Source of the DNA: Chloroflexota bacterium
GTDB taxonomy: Bacteria; Chloroflexota; Limnocylindria; P2-11E
NCBI GenBank assembly: GCA_005883775.1
Contig: VBEU01000049.1
Coordinates: 1 to 42,611 of the forward strand
DNA: 42,611 nucleotides
Direction: 5' to 3'
The notes beneath the pieces were generated by a model. The model saw only the letters and a program-made list of their open reading frames with translations. It was not told where the DNA came from and made no database searches. Below are positions 28,413-37,244 of the stretch, one piece after another. Positions within the stretch are counted from its first letter, which is position 1; the number at the start of each line of letters is the position of its first letter. Made by a program: the position numbers and the translations under genes.

Positions 28413-30377
28413 TCGCGTGGATACGGACGACAAGCTGGGCGTTGCCACTCTGATCGAGCTCCACCGTGCCGTCGCGGTCGGTGCGGTATGTGGGCACGCG
28501 GCCGAGAGCCGCGAGCGTCTCGGCGGTGGGATGACCATACCGGTTCTGAGCGCCGACCGAGATCACGGCAGCGCTCGGTCGGATCGCATCGACAAGTGGG
28601 ACCGCGTACGCGCTCGCGGCGCCGTGGTGCGGCGGGACGTACACGCGCGTGGCGAGAGAGTTCGGGCTTAACAGAAGATCGGCCTGCGCCTGCTCGGTCG
28701 CATCACCCATGAAGAGCATGGAAAACGAGCCCCGCTCGAGGCGCAGCACGAGCGATGGGACATCGACTCGCGGATCGCCGTTCGGCGCGAGGATCGCGAG
28801 CGTCGCATCGCCGATATGCATCCGCATCCCGGCGGCGACGGCACGCCTCGGCACGTGCGCACGCCGGATGCGGTCGTTCCAAGCGGTGGCGACCGCGCCA
28901 GGGTTCAAGCCGACCGGTTCGATCGCGAGACCCACCTCGTACCGTTCGAGCACGCCAATGAGACCGTCGGCATGATCGGCGTGTGCGTGGGTGAGCGCGA
29001 CCACATCGATTCGGCGTGTCCACGGTGGCAGGCTCGCGCCGAGCTCGGCGAGAAGACGCGAAGGGTCCGGCCCTCCGTCGATGAGGACCGTTCGACCGTC
29101 GAACTCGACGAGGAACGCGTCGCCCTGGCCGATATCCAGCGCACGCACACGGATCCCGGACGGCGGTGGCCATGTCGCGCTCCTAGGCGAACGCTCGGAC
29201 GACGCGGGAGTCGGACCCTCCCGCCGATGGCTCGTGCGAGCCGTGAGGCGGCCGCCGGGCCGAAGAAGAGCGCCAGTCCGACCGCCGCACCGTAGCCGAG
29301 GCCGGCGACCGGACCATCGGGAACGGCGAGCGACGCAAGGGGCAAGCTCGCGGAGGTCTCGACGACCAGCCGCAGCAGGAACGCGAGAGCGTACGCGAGA
29401 AGGGCAGGCAGCTGCGCGAGCTCGCCGGACACCATGCCGAGCCCGGCGGTGGCAGCCCCGGCCAACATGAGGGGCGGAAACAGCGGCACGGCCAGGAGGT
29501 TCGCGAGCGGCGATACCAGCGACACCCGACCGAACACCGCGGCGATGATCGGAATGGTGGGCAGCGTGGCCGCGAGCGTGGTCGCGAGGCCCGGGCGGAT
29601 CGCCGCCGGCAGAAACGCGAGCCGCTCTGAGATCGGGTCGCCGAGGTACAGAAGGCCGGCGGTCGCGGTCGCCGACAGAAGGAACCCAACGTCGCCGATC
29701 GCTGATGCATCGATGCTGACCATCGTGGCCACTGCCAGCGCGAGCGCATTGTCGGTGGCGGGACGCCGCCCGAACGCGAGCCCGAGGGACGCGACGACCG
29801 CCATCACCGCCGCGCGCGCCACGCTGGGTGCGAGCCCGACGAGGACGCTGTACGCGAGCACGCACGCGACGGTCATCCCCGCGGTGATCGCCGGGCGCAC
29901 GCGGCCGCGCGCGAGGAGCGCGACCGCCGTGGCGACGAGCGTCATGTTGAAGCCGGATATGGCGAGCAGATGGGAGGTACCGCTGCGGGCAAAAGCACTG
30001 GCGAGGTCGGCGTCGACGCCAGCGCGCTCGCCGAGGACGATTCCCCGAACGATGCCGCCCTCCGGCTCGGGGATGAGGCGGCGAAGCGGCTCAGCGAGAC
30101 CCTCGCGCAGCCCGTCGAGTGGACCGGCGTGACGCAGATCGAACCCGGGAAGAGGTCCAAGAAGTGTCGCCACGCCGGAGATCGAGGCGACGAGCGCGGC
30201 GGCGCACCAGCACAGCCGGCGCGCGCGATCTGCGCTCGCGACTGCCAGCGTCGCGAAGACAAGGGCCAGCACCAGCGCGAGCCCGACCCCCGCGAGCGGC
30301 GCCATCTGGACCGCGAGCGCGATCAGGACCGCGCCCGCTGCCGCGGGAAGAAGCGGCGCCCGAAGGACTGACGTCAC
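28357..30377 (-). pseudogene. comEC: ComEC/Rec2 DNA internalization channel, split over two reading frames (frameshift near 29170-29260)
   Basis: The frame of ORF 28905-30377 encodes the TM competence domain (SGTSHLLAISGFNM...). The frame of ORF 28357-29865 encodes the metallo-beta-lactamase domain from VRALDIGQGDAFLV...ALTHAHADHADG onward. The two halves are offset by one nucleotide. Confidence 0.8.
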
Positions 30378-30928
30378 CGGACGGCGACCATGTCCTTTAT
30401 GTCCGCGAAAACTCGTGCGGTAACGAGACCCCGTGTCTGCAGCTCCTCGACGCGCCCGAAGGGATGGCTGCCGCGCGAGCGGACGATCCGCGCCGCAGTC
30501 GTCGGCCCGATGCCGGGGAGCGCTTCGAGCTCCGCGGCGGTCGCGCGGTTCACATCGATCTTGAGCTGTGCGTCGCTCCCTGCGCTACCCGAGGGGACCG
30601 TCTCACCCGGACGCGGTACGTAGATGCGCTGGCCGTCATGGATCGGCGCCGCCTTGTTGAGCGCGTCGAGGTCGGCTTCGCCGGTCATCCCACCCGCCGC
30701 GAGGAGGGCGTCCACAGTCCGCGAGCCCGCTGGAAGCCGGTACACCCCCGGACGCGCTATCGCCCCCGTGACGTCCACGACGATCAGCGGCTCGGGCGAG
30801 CGGGTCGGTGCCGGCGTCTCGTCGACGATCGCCACGGCTTGACCATCGCCGCCGTGAAGCCGCGCCGCGGTAAGAAGGACGACCGACAGGATCGCGATCG
30901 CAAGGAGGATTAGGACCGGTCTGCGCAC
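30374..30928 (-). CDS. comEA: ComEA DNA receptor (SLBB + helix-hairpin-helix)
   Basis: GTG start, N-terminal TM segment, SLBB-like VDVTGAIARPGVYRLPAGSRTVDAL, and the HhH motif VNRATAAELEALPGIGPTTAARIV. 4-nt overlap with comEC. Confidence 0.9.
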   Translation of the reverse strand: MRRPVLILLAIAILSVVLLTAARLHGGDGQAVAIVDETPAPTRSPEPLIVVDVTGAIARPGVYRLPAGSRTVDALLAAGGMTGEADLDALNKAAPIHDGQRIYVPRPGETVPSGSAGSDAQLKIDVNRATAAELEALPGIGPTTAARIVRSRGSHPFGRVEELQTRGLVTARVFADIKDMVAVR

Positions 30929-30981
30929 TCACGCAGGGTGAGCGGCACGAGTCGTCGTGCATAGGCCTGCAATGCATCAGT

Positions 30982-31005
30982 GCTGTCGTCATTTCTGACG
31001 ACAGC
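30982..31005 (-). terminator. Hairpin with a 10-bp stem and GAAA tetraloop just after the 135-aa ORF (no U tract)
   Basis: Minus-strand RNA is GCUGUCGUCA-GAAA-UGACGACAGC, 7 nt after the stop codon. It could be a terminator, or a stabiliser or processing element. Confidence 0.4.
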
Positions 31006-31011
31006 CCGTCG

Positions 31012-31419
31012 TCAATTCGTGCGCCGGCCCTGTTGCTGCTGCTGCATCTGAACGATCGCGACGGGCAGGCCCCCGATGGAGCTGCCGTCGACCTCAAGGT
31101 CGAACTTGTGCGTCCCGTAGCTGGTGAAGCTCATGTTGTTCAGCTCGACGATGACGTTCACGTCCTGTCCGGCGACGGCGTGCACCGAGATCTCGGGCGG
31201 ATTCGGCATCGCCTGCTGCCCGTCCGGCCGCAGCAGGCGCACCTTGACGGTGTGTGCGCCAACCTCGAGCCCGAGGATCGCCACGACGAACATCCGGGGA
31301 TGCTGCGCCGGTAGCCCGCTGACCGAGATATTGCGGAAGATCCCCATCAGGCTGACCTTCCCATCCTGTCCGACGAGGGCGTGGTCGCACAAGGCGGCGA
31401 GCCGGATCTCGGCGGTCAC
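31012..31419 (-). CDS. Hypothetical 135-aa cytoplasmic protein, translationally coupled to leuS
   Basis: The GTG start overlaps the leuS stop (GTGA). No TM segment or signal peptide. Predicted beta-rich, with a Gln-rich tail (MQQQQQGRR). I recognise no family with confidence. Confidence 0.6.
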   Translation of the reverse strand: MTAEIRLAALCDHALVGQDGKVSLMGIFRNISVSGLPAQHPRMFVVAILGLEVGAHTVKVRLLRPDGQQAMPNPPEISVHAVAGQDVNVIVELNNMSFTSYGTHKFDLEVDGSSIGGLPVAIVQMQQQQQGRRTN

Positions 31420-33854
31420 GAGGGCCGCCGCGTGACGAAGTTCACCAGGCGGTCGGGCACAAAGATCGTTCGCCCGGGCTCGCGGCCGTCGAGTGCCGCC
31501 TTCACCTTCGGGCTCGCCATCGCAAGCTTCTCGGCGGCCGCTTGCGAGATGCCGGCCGGGGCGGTGATGCGGTCACGCAGCTTTCCATCGATCTGGATGA
31601 CGATCGTGACCTCGCCCGGGGCCGCGATCGCTGGATCGAACACCGGCCAGGTCTGTCGATGGATCGAGCCGCGCCCGCCGCGGCGCTCCCAGAGCTCCTC
31701 AGTCATGTACGGGGCGAAGGGCGCGAGCAGCAGAAGCAGCGTCGCCACGCCCTCGTCGCGGCTCGGACCGGTCGCGCGCTGCAGCGCGTTCGACAGCTCC
31801 ATCATCGCGGCGACCGCGGTATTGAACGAATAGGTCTGCAGGTCTTCGGTGACCTTCGCGATCGTTCGGTGAACCACCCGGTCGATATCGGGATCTCCGG
31901 GGCCCGCCGGCTGAGCCTCGGACTGGGCCATCTCCCAGACTCTGCGCAGGAAGCGATGCACGCCCTCGATACCGGAGGCGTCCCAATCGGCGCCGTCCAC
32001 CCAGGGACCCATGAACATCATGAATAGGCGCAGCGTGTCGGCGCCGTACTTCTCGACATACACGTCGGGGGTCTCGACGTTCCCGCGCGACTTCGACATC
32101 TTGCGGCCCTTGAACACGATCGTGCCCTGATAGCGGAAGCGCAGCGCCGGCTCGTCGAACCACAGCTCCCCCATATCTCGGAGCGCCTTGGCCATGAAGC
32201 GCATGTAGAGAAGGTGCAGGATCGCGTGCTCCACACCGCCGGTGTATTGCTGCACCGGCAGCCATTTCCTTCCGAGCTCCTCGTTCATGAACGCCTCGTC
32301 GTGCTTGGGGTCGACGTAGCGGTACATGTACCAGGAGGAATCCACGAACGTGTCCATCGTGTCGGTATCGCGGCGCGCCGATCCCCCGCACTTCGGACAT
32401 GTCGCGTTCACAAACGACGCGACGTGGCTCAAGGGCGAGCCGCCCCGTCCGGTGAATTCGACGTCGCGCGGCAGCACCACCGGGAGCTGCTCGTAAGGTA
32501 CCGGGACCGCGCCACAGCGTTCGCAGTGCACGATCGGGATCGGCGTGCCCCAGTAGCGCTGGCGAGAGATCAGCCAGTCATGGAGCCGGTAGGTGACCGA
32601 GGGCCCGCCGATGCCACGCTTCTTCGCTTCGGCGCCGACCGCGGCTTTCCCCATCTCGCTGCGCATGCCAGTGAACGGGCCGCTCCGCACCATGACGCCC
32701 TCGCCGACGTACGGCGCCTCGAGCGCCGAGTGCTCGGCGCCGTCGGGGCTGATCACCTCGCGAATCTCCAGTCGGTGTTTCTTCGCGAAGGCGAAATCGC
32801 GCTCGTCGTGACCGGGCACCGCCATGATCGCGCCCGAGCCGTAGGTGGCGAGCACGTAGTCGGCGATCCAGATCGGAATCCGCTCCCCGGTGAATACGTT
32901 CCGCGCGAACGCGCCGGTGTCGACACCGGTCTTCTCACGCTCCGCCGCGGCACGCTCGATATCCGCCATGTTGCGAGCGTGCTGGACGTATCGCTCGACC
33001 TCGGCGCGGCGTTTCGGCGTCGCGATCTTCGCGATGAGCGGATGCTCCGGCGCCAGCACCATGAATGTGGCGCCGCAGATCGTGTCCGGCCGCGTCGTAA
33101 AGAAGCGGATCTCCTCGCCGGGGTGCCCTTCGACCGGGAACGCGATCTCGGCCCCCTCGGACCGGCCGATCCAGTTCGTCTGTAAAACACGTACGCGCTC
33201 CGGCCAGTCCAGACCGTCGAAGCGCAGCAGCTCGTCCGCGTACTTGGTGATCCGGTAGAACCACTGCGTCATCTGCCGCTTCACGACTGGCGTGTCGCAA
33301 CGCTCGCACCGGCCGTTGATCACCTGCTCGTTGGCCAGTACCGTCTCGTCGCGCGGACACCAGTTGACGGGGGCGTCGGCGCGGTAGGCGAGCCCTTTCT
33401 CGTAGAGCTTCAGGAACATCCACTGATTCCAGCGGTAGTACTCCGGGTAACAGGTCACGACCTCGCGCCGCCAGTCGATCGCGGCGCCCATCCGATTGAA
33501 TTGCTCGCGCATGTGCGCCATGTTCTTTTCGGTCCATACCGCCGGATGGAGCTTTCGGTCGATCGCCGCGTTTTCGGCGTTGATCCCGAAAGCGTCAAAA
33601 CCCATCGGAAAGAGGACGTTGTGACCGCGCATGCGCAGGAAACGCGCGGCGGCATCCGGCGGCGCGAAGGCGTACCAGTGCCCCACGTGGATCTCGCCCG
33701 AGGGGTACGGGAACATCGTCAGGAAGTAGAAGTTCGGCTTATCCGAAACGTCCGGCGTGCTGTGGAGGCCGGACGAGGCCCAGCGCTCGCGCCACTTCTC
33801 TTCGATGGCGGCAGGCGTGTAGCGATCGATCTTCTTTTCCACTTCGCTCGTCAA
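31416..33854 (-). CDS. leuS: Leucyl-tRNA synthetase
   Basis: 812 aa. HIGH motif (PYPSGEIHVGHW), KMSKS motif (KMSKSRGN) and a CP1 editing domain. TTG start with an AGGAGG RBS 6 nt upstream. Confidence 0.97.
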   Translation of the reverse strand: MTSEVEKKIDRYTPAAIEEKWRERWASSGLHSTPDVSDKPNFYFLTMFPYPSGEIHVGHWYAFAPPDAAARFLRMRGHNVLFPMGFDAFGINAENAAIDRKLHPAVWTEKNMAHMREQFNRMGAAIDWRREVVTCYPEYYRWNQWMFLKLYEKGLAYRADAPVNWCPRDETVLANEQVINGRCERCDTPVVKRQMTQWFYRITKYADELLRFDGLDWPERVRVLQTNWIGRSEGAEIAFPVEGHPGEEIRFFTTRPDTICGATFMVLAPEHPLIAKIATPKRRAEVERYVQHARNMADIERAAAEREKTGVDTGAFARNVFTGERIPIWIADYVLATYGSGAIMAVPGHDERDFAFAKKHRLEIREVISPDGAEHSALEAPYVGEGVMVRSGPFTGMRSEMGKAAVGAEAKKRGIGGPSVTYRLHDWLISRQRYWGTPIPIVHCERCGAVPVPYEQLPVVLPRDVEFTGRGGSPLSHVASFVNATCPKCGGSARRDTDTMDTFVDSSWYMYRYVDPKHDEAFMNEELGRKWLPVQQYTGGVEHAILHLLYMRFMAKALRDMGELWFDEPALRFRYQGTIVFKGRKMSKSRGNVETPDVYVEKYGADTLRLFMMFMGPWVDGADWDASGIEGVHRFLRRVWEMAQSEAQPAGPGDPDIDRVVHRTIAKVTEDLQTYSFNTAVAAMMELSNALQRATGPSRDEGVATLLLLLAPFAPYMTEELWERRGGRGSIHRQTWPVFDPAIAAPGEVTIVIQIDGKLRDRITAPAGISQAAAEKLAMASPKVKAALDGREPGRTIFVPDRLVNFVTRRPS

Positions 33855-33875
33855 CTCGACCTCCTTTCAGCAAAC

Positions 33876-33908
33876 AAAAAAAGTCTTCCATCCAAGGGGA
33901 CGAAAGAC
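33876..33908 (-). terminator. Intrinsic terminator of the leuS T-box expression platform
   Basis: GUCUUUCGUCC-CCUU-GGAUGGAAGAC (33883-33908) followed by UUUUUUU (33876-33882). Its 5' arm overlaps the antiterminator 3' strand. Confidence 0.85.
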
Positions 33909-33946
33909 CTCCGCGGTACCACCCCAATTGAGAGCCGGTGTCCTAG

Positions 33947-34018
33947 TGGAGCTGGCGGGATTCGAACCCGCGACCCCCACACTGCCAGTGTGATGCGCTC
34001 CCACTGCGCCACAGCCCC
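33947..34018 (-). tRNA. tRNA-Ala (anticodon GGC), located inside the T-box leader
   Basis: Fold: GGGGCUG-UG-GCGC-AGUGGGA-GCGC-A-UCACA-CUGGCAG-UGUGG-GGGUC-GCGGG-UUCGAAU-CCCGC-CAGCUCC-A. It has G3:U70, U8, A14, G18G19, G15:C48, U33 and A37. CCA is not encoded. Confidence 0.9.
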
Positions 34019-34212
34019 GATGCTCTCCGCTCGAGCACGCTGATAACGGGCGTGACCCCGGCGAGGGCTAGCCGCCTAGCGGTTCGCACCCGCGGCTCCC
34101 GGGCGAGTTCCGCGCTCCTGCGACGCCGGCTTGCACCTGCCGCCGGCTCTCTTTTGTCGAGGAATTTCGCGTACTGCTCCCGTTCGTGGCCGTTGGCTCA
34201 AAAGTATACGGA

Positions 34213-35373
34213 CTAAGGCCCCTCAGGCTCGCGCCGCATCGACACCGATTGCAAGACGCCGAGCGCGAAGCAGACCGAGACGAGCGAGCTGCCGCCGTGC
34301 GAGATGAACGGAAGAGGGATACCGGTCACCGGCATGAGCGAGATGGCCATGCCGACATTCACCAGGATCTGGAAGACAAGCATGGTCGCCACGCCGCCAC
34401 CGATCAGCATCCCGAAGGGGTCCTTCGCGCGGAGCGCAACGCGGAGCGCTGCGACGAGCAGCACGATGTAGAGCGCGAAGAGAATGACCGCGCCGGCGAA
34501 GCCCAAGTCCTCGGCGAGGCCGGAGAACACGAAATCGGATTCGGCGATCGGTAGATAGCCGAGCGGCGACTGCGTCCCGGCGGTGAGGCCTTTGCCGGTG
34601 GCACCCCCCGATCCGACCGCGATGAGCGACTGGATAATGTTCCAGCCCGCGCCCTGCGGATCGGAGTACGGATCGAGGAACGCGGAGAGCCGCGCGCGCT
34701 GGTAGTCCTTGAGGAGCGCCCAGACAAGGGGGAACGACGCGGCGGCGATCGCGACGAGCGCCACGAGCTGCCAGATCCGTGCACCGGCGAGGAACGCGAT
34801 GCCGAAGAAGATCGCGATGAACACAAGACTCGTGCCCAGGTCCGGCTGCCGGTAGACGAGCAACACAGCGGGGGCGAGCAACGCAAGCCCGACCAACATC
34901 GTGAGCGGGGACCCAATCGATGCGCGCCGGTCGGCGAAGAATTTCGCGAGCACGATGATCATCAGGACCTTCGCGACCTCGCTGAACTGGAACGAGAGGC
35001 CTCCGATGTTGACCGAGCGCTGCGCGCCGAGGCTCGAACTGCCGATCGCGAGCACCACCGAGAGGAGCCCCAGCGTGAAGACGTACAGCAGCGGAGCGAA
35101 CGCGCCCAGCCAGGCGTAGTCGAAGAGCGCGATCGCGGCCATCGCGGCCATACCGACTGCGGCCCAGATCGCGCCGCGGATCACGAACTGCATGGGATCG
35201 CCCGTGAACGTCCGCGTTTCGGCGGTCGTCGAGTACGTCATCACGAGGCCGTACCCGATGAGCAACAGGGTCACGATGAGCAGGATCGGGTCGATCTGGG
35301 TCCAGCGGCGCGGAGCCGGCCGGTCATGCAGCGGGGTCGCGGGACGCGGCAAGGCCATTGCTCGGACGCTCAT
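34213..35373 (-). CDS. rodA: SEDS-family peptidoglycan glycosyltransferase RodA
   Basis: The ATG at 35373 overlaps the mrdA stop (ATGA). It has FtsW/RodA motifs (SEVAKVLMIIVLA, PESDFVFS-like IAESDFVFSGLAEDLGF, GIPLPFISHGGSS). Called rodA because of the adjacent mrdA/mreD. Track ORF 34213-35904 is over-extended. Confidence 0.9.
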   Translation of the reverse strand: MSVRAMALPRPATPLHDRPAPRRWTQIDPILLIVTLLLIGYGLVMTYSTTAETRTFTGDPMQFVIRGAIWAAVGMAAMAAIALFDYAWLGAFAPLLYVFTLGLLSVVLAIGSSSLGAQRSVNIGGLSFQFSEVAKVLMIIVLAKFFADRRASIGSPLTMLVGLALLAPAVLLVYRQPDLGTSLVFIAIFFGIAFLAGARIWQLVALVAIAAASFPLVWALLKDYQRARLSAFLDPYSDPQGAGWNIIQSLIAVGSGGATGKGLTAGTQSPLGYLPIAESDFVFSGLAEDLGFAGAVILFALYIVLLVAALRVALRAKDPFGMLIGGGVATMLVFQILVNVGMAISLMPVTGIPLPFISHGGSSLVSVCFALGVLQSVSMRREPEGP

Positions 35374-37244
35374 TTGTTCGGCCCGAGGTATTGCTCGAGG
35401 ATCCGCTGGGTCATCCCGACGGCCGGGTTCAGACAAAGCTCGCAGAGCGATTTCGAAGAGTCGTACGTGAAGATCGCCATGGCGATCTGCGCGGTGGGGT
35501 CCGTGTTGTCTGCCTGCGGGACGAACGAGACGAACCAGTTGTGGAACCCGAGCTTGTTGCGACCGGCGCTGTCCTTGCCGGCCGAGGCGCCGAACTCCGC
35601 GGTGCCGGTCTTGCCGGCGATCGGGATCTTCAGGTTCGGCATGTAGGCGTGACCGATCGTCACCACGCGCCGCGCCGCCTCGCGGATGAGGCGGAGGTTT
35701 TCCTGGGTCATGTCGAGCTTCTGCGACGTCCACTGTGGAATCGGCAGGGTCTTGCCTGCCGCGTCGGTCACCTGCTTTAGAAGATGCGGCTGCCAGAGCG
35801 TGCCACCGTTCGCGACAGAGGCGTACGCGTTCAGAAGCTGCAGGGGGGTGACTGCGACGAAGCCCTGCCCGATCGCCTCCTGATACGTATTGCCGATCGT
35901 CCATGGTTCATCGAAGGTCGCGATCTTCCACTGCGGGTCGGGCATGATTCCGCCATCCTCGCCCGGGAGGTCGATCCCGGTCGGTGCGCCGAACCCGAGC
36001 ATGCGAGCGTACTTCGCGATCGCGTCGGGACCTACCCCGTGAACATTCGGCGCAAAGGGAGTCCCGGCAGCCAACGTGTAGAAGTAGATGTCGCTCGAGT
36101 GCGCGAACCCGTGGACGAAATCGAGCGACCCGTGGGCTCGCCAATCGTAGAACGTCGTGCCCGAAACGCTGAACGAGCTTGCGGACACGTTGACTACGGT
36201 GTCCCTCGTCGCGGTGCCCGCGGACAACGCAGAGAGCCCGGTGACCATCTTGAAGGTCGAGCCCGCCGGGTAGCGGTCACCGATGGCCTTGTTCACGAGC
36301 GGATGGCGGTCGTCTGCGTTCAGTGCGGCGAGCTCCGCGGTGCTGATGCCGCGCGCGAACATGTTGTTGTCGTATCCGGGGATGGACACCATCGCCAGGA
36401 TCTCGCCGTTCTGTGGATTGATCGCGACGCCGACCGCTTGCGTGAACTTGTCCTCGTCGACGCCCTTGCGGAGCTCGGCATCGAGGAGCTTCTGCAAACG
36501 GTCGTCGATAGTCAGCGAAACGGTGTTGCCGACGGTCGCCCGCTGGAGCGCGAGCGTCTTGATCTCGCGCTGAGCGGCGTCCCGCTCAATCTCGCGCCAG
36601 CCGTACGTCCCGCGAAGAAACTGCTCGTAGACGTCTTCTATCCCGGTACGTCCGACGTCATCGTCAGGGAGATAGCCACTGTCCTTAAGCTTCGCGAGCT
36701 CCTGTTCGGTAATCGGGCCGGTGTAGCCGATCACCGGCGCGTACAGCGTGCCGTCGACATAGAAGCGAATGCTCTCCGGGTCGACCCGGACACCGGGGAA
36801 GAGCTCGGCGCGCTCCGTCACCACGAGGGCGATCTCGCGAGGCACCGGCGTCTTGGAGATGCGCACCGGCTCGTACGGATTGCGAATTCGCTGTGCGCGG
36901 ATGACATCGCCGATCGCATCGCTCGGGAGATCGAGGAGCGCGGCGAGCCGCTGCGAGAGCTCGTCTTCGCGCGTGCGTGAAAGGTCGACGGGGATCACGC
37001 TGATCGCAAATCCCGGGATGTTGCGCGCCAGGACGTACCCGTTGCGGTCGACGATCCCACCGCGCTCGGCGGGTACCGGCAACCGCACGATGCGGTTCTG
37101 CTCGGACAGCTGGTGGTAATAGTCCCCACGGACGATCTCGAGGTCGTAGAGCCGCGCCGTGAGGGTCGAGAAGATCACGACGATAGCTACGCCGAAGGCG
37201 ATGAAGCGCCGGACCGATACAAAGGCCCGCGACGGCTGTCTCAC
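35370..37244 (-). CDS. mrdA: Penicillin-binding protein 2 (elongasome transpeptidase)
   Basis: The GTG at 37244 overlaps the mreD stop (GTGA), with a TAGGAG RBS. It has an N-terminal TM segment, a PBP dimerisation domain (RGGIVDRNGYVLA) and transpeptidase motifs STFK (GSTFKMV), SSD-type (HSSD) and KTGT (GKTGTAE). Confidence 0.9.
   Translation of the reverse strand: MRQPSRAFVSVRRFIAFGVAIVVIFSTLTARLYDLEIVRGDYYHQLSEQNRIVRLPVPAERGGIVDRNGYVLARNIPGFAISVIPVDLSRTREDELSQRLAALLDLPSDAIGDVIRAQRIRNPYEPVRISKTPVPREIALVVTERAELFPGVRVDPESIRFYVDGTLYAPVIGYTGPITEQELAKLKDSGYLPDDDVGRTGIEDVYEQFLRGTYGWREIERDAAQREIKTLALQRATVGNTVSLTIDDRLQKLLDAELRKGVDEDKFTQAVGVAINPQNGEILAMVSIPGYDNNMFARGISTAELAALNADDRHPLVNKAIGDRYPAGSTFKMVTGLSALSAGTATRDTVVNVSASSFSVSGTTFYDWRAHGSLDFVHGFAHSSDIYFYTLAAGTPFAPNVHGVGPDAIAKYARMLGFGAPTGIDLPGEDGGIMPDPQWKIATFDEPWTIGNTYQEAIGQGFVAVTPLQLLNAYASVANGGTLWQPHLLKQVTDAAGKTLPIPQWTSQKLDMTQENLRLIREAARRVVTIGHAYMPNLKIPIAGKTGTAEFGASAGKDSAGRNKLGFHNWFVSFVPQADNTDPTAQIAMAIFTYDSSKSLCELCLNPAVGMTQRILEQYLGPNK

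Larger units (their letters stand above)
33855..34195 (-). promoter_or_regulatory. T-box riboswitch leader, Leu specifier CUC, interrupted by a tRNA-Ala gene
   Basis: Conserved elements on the minus-strand RNA, in order:
- K-turn GGC-CACGAA-CGGG / CCCG-GGA-GCC.
- Specifier loop AGCAGUA / GAA-CUC-G (CUC at 34105-34107).
- AG bulge AGAGAG (34147-34152).
- Distal loop GGCAGGUGCAA closed by CCGGC/GCCGG.
- F-box CCGUUA (34044-34049).
- T-box sequence GGGGUGGUACCGCGG (33911-33925), with a UGGU bulge.
- Antiterminator 3' strand CGUCCCC.
- Terminator plus U7. Confidence 0.85.

Noticed and set aside
28413-28538. A longer holA start at 28538 (401-aa version). Similar 5' over-extended track ORFs are 34213-35904, 35370-37772, 37241-37921, 38645-39961, 22253-23704, 13577-15445, 9489-10343 and 26308-27336.
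   Set aside because: The extensions are Arg/Pro-rich, overlap the upstream genes, and precede internal starts that have RBSs or stop-start overlaps and canonical protein N-termini.
34020-34040. A local hairpin UGCUC-GAGCGGA-GAGCA upstream of the embedded tRNA, as the sole Stem III of the T-box.
   Set aside because: It is not rejected as a structure, but it cannot be told apart from the alternative GAGAGC/GCUCUC pairing across the tRNA by sequence alone. Neither is annotated as a separate feature.
34203-34208. A TATACT -10-like hexamer as a dedicated promoter for the T-box leader.
   Set aside because: No acceptable -35 element lies at 16-19 nt spacing, and the hexamer sits only a few nt after the rodA stop. 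The leader may instead be transcribed by read-through from mreD-mrdA-rodA, so no promoter is called.
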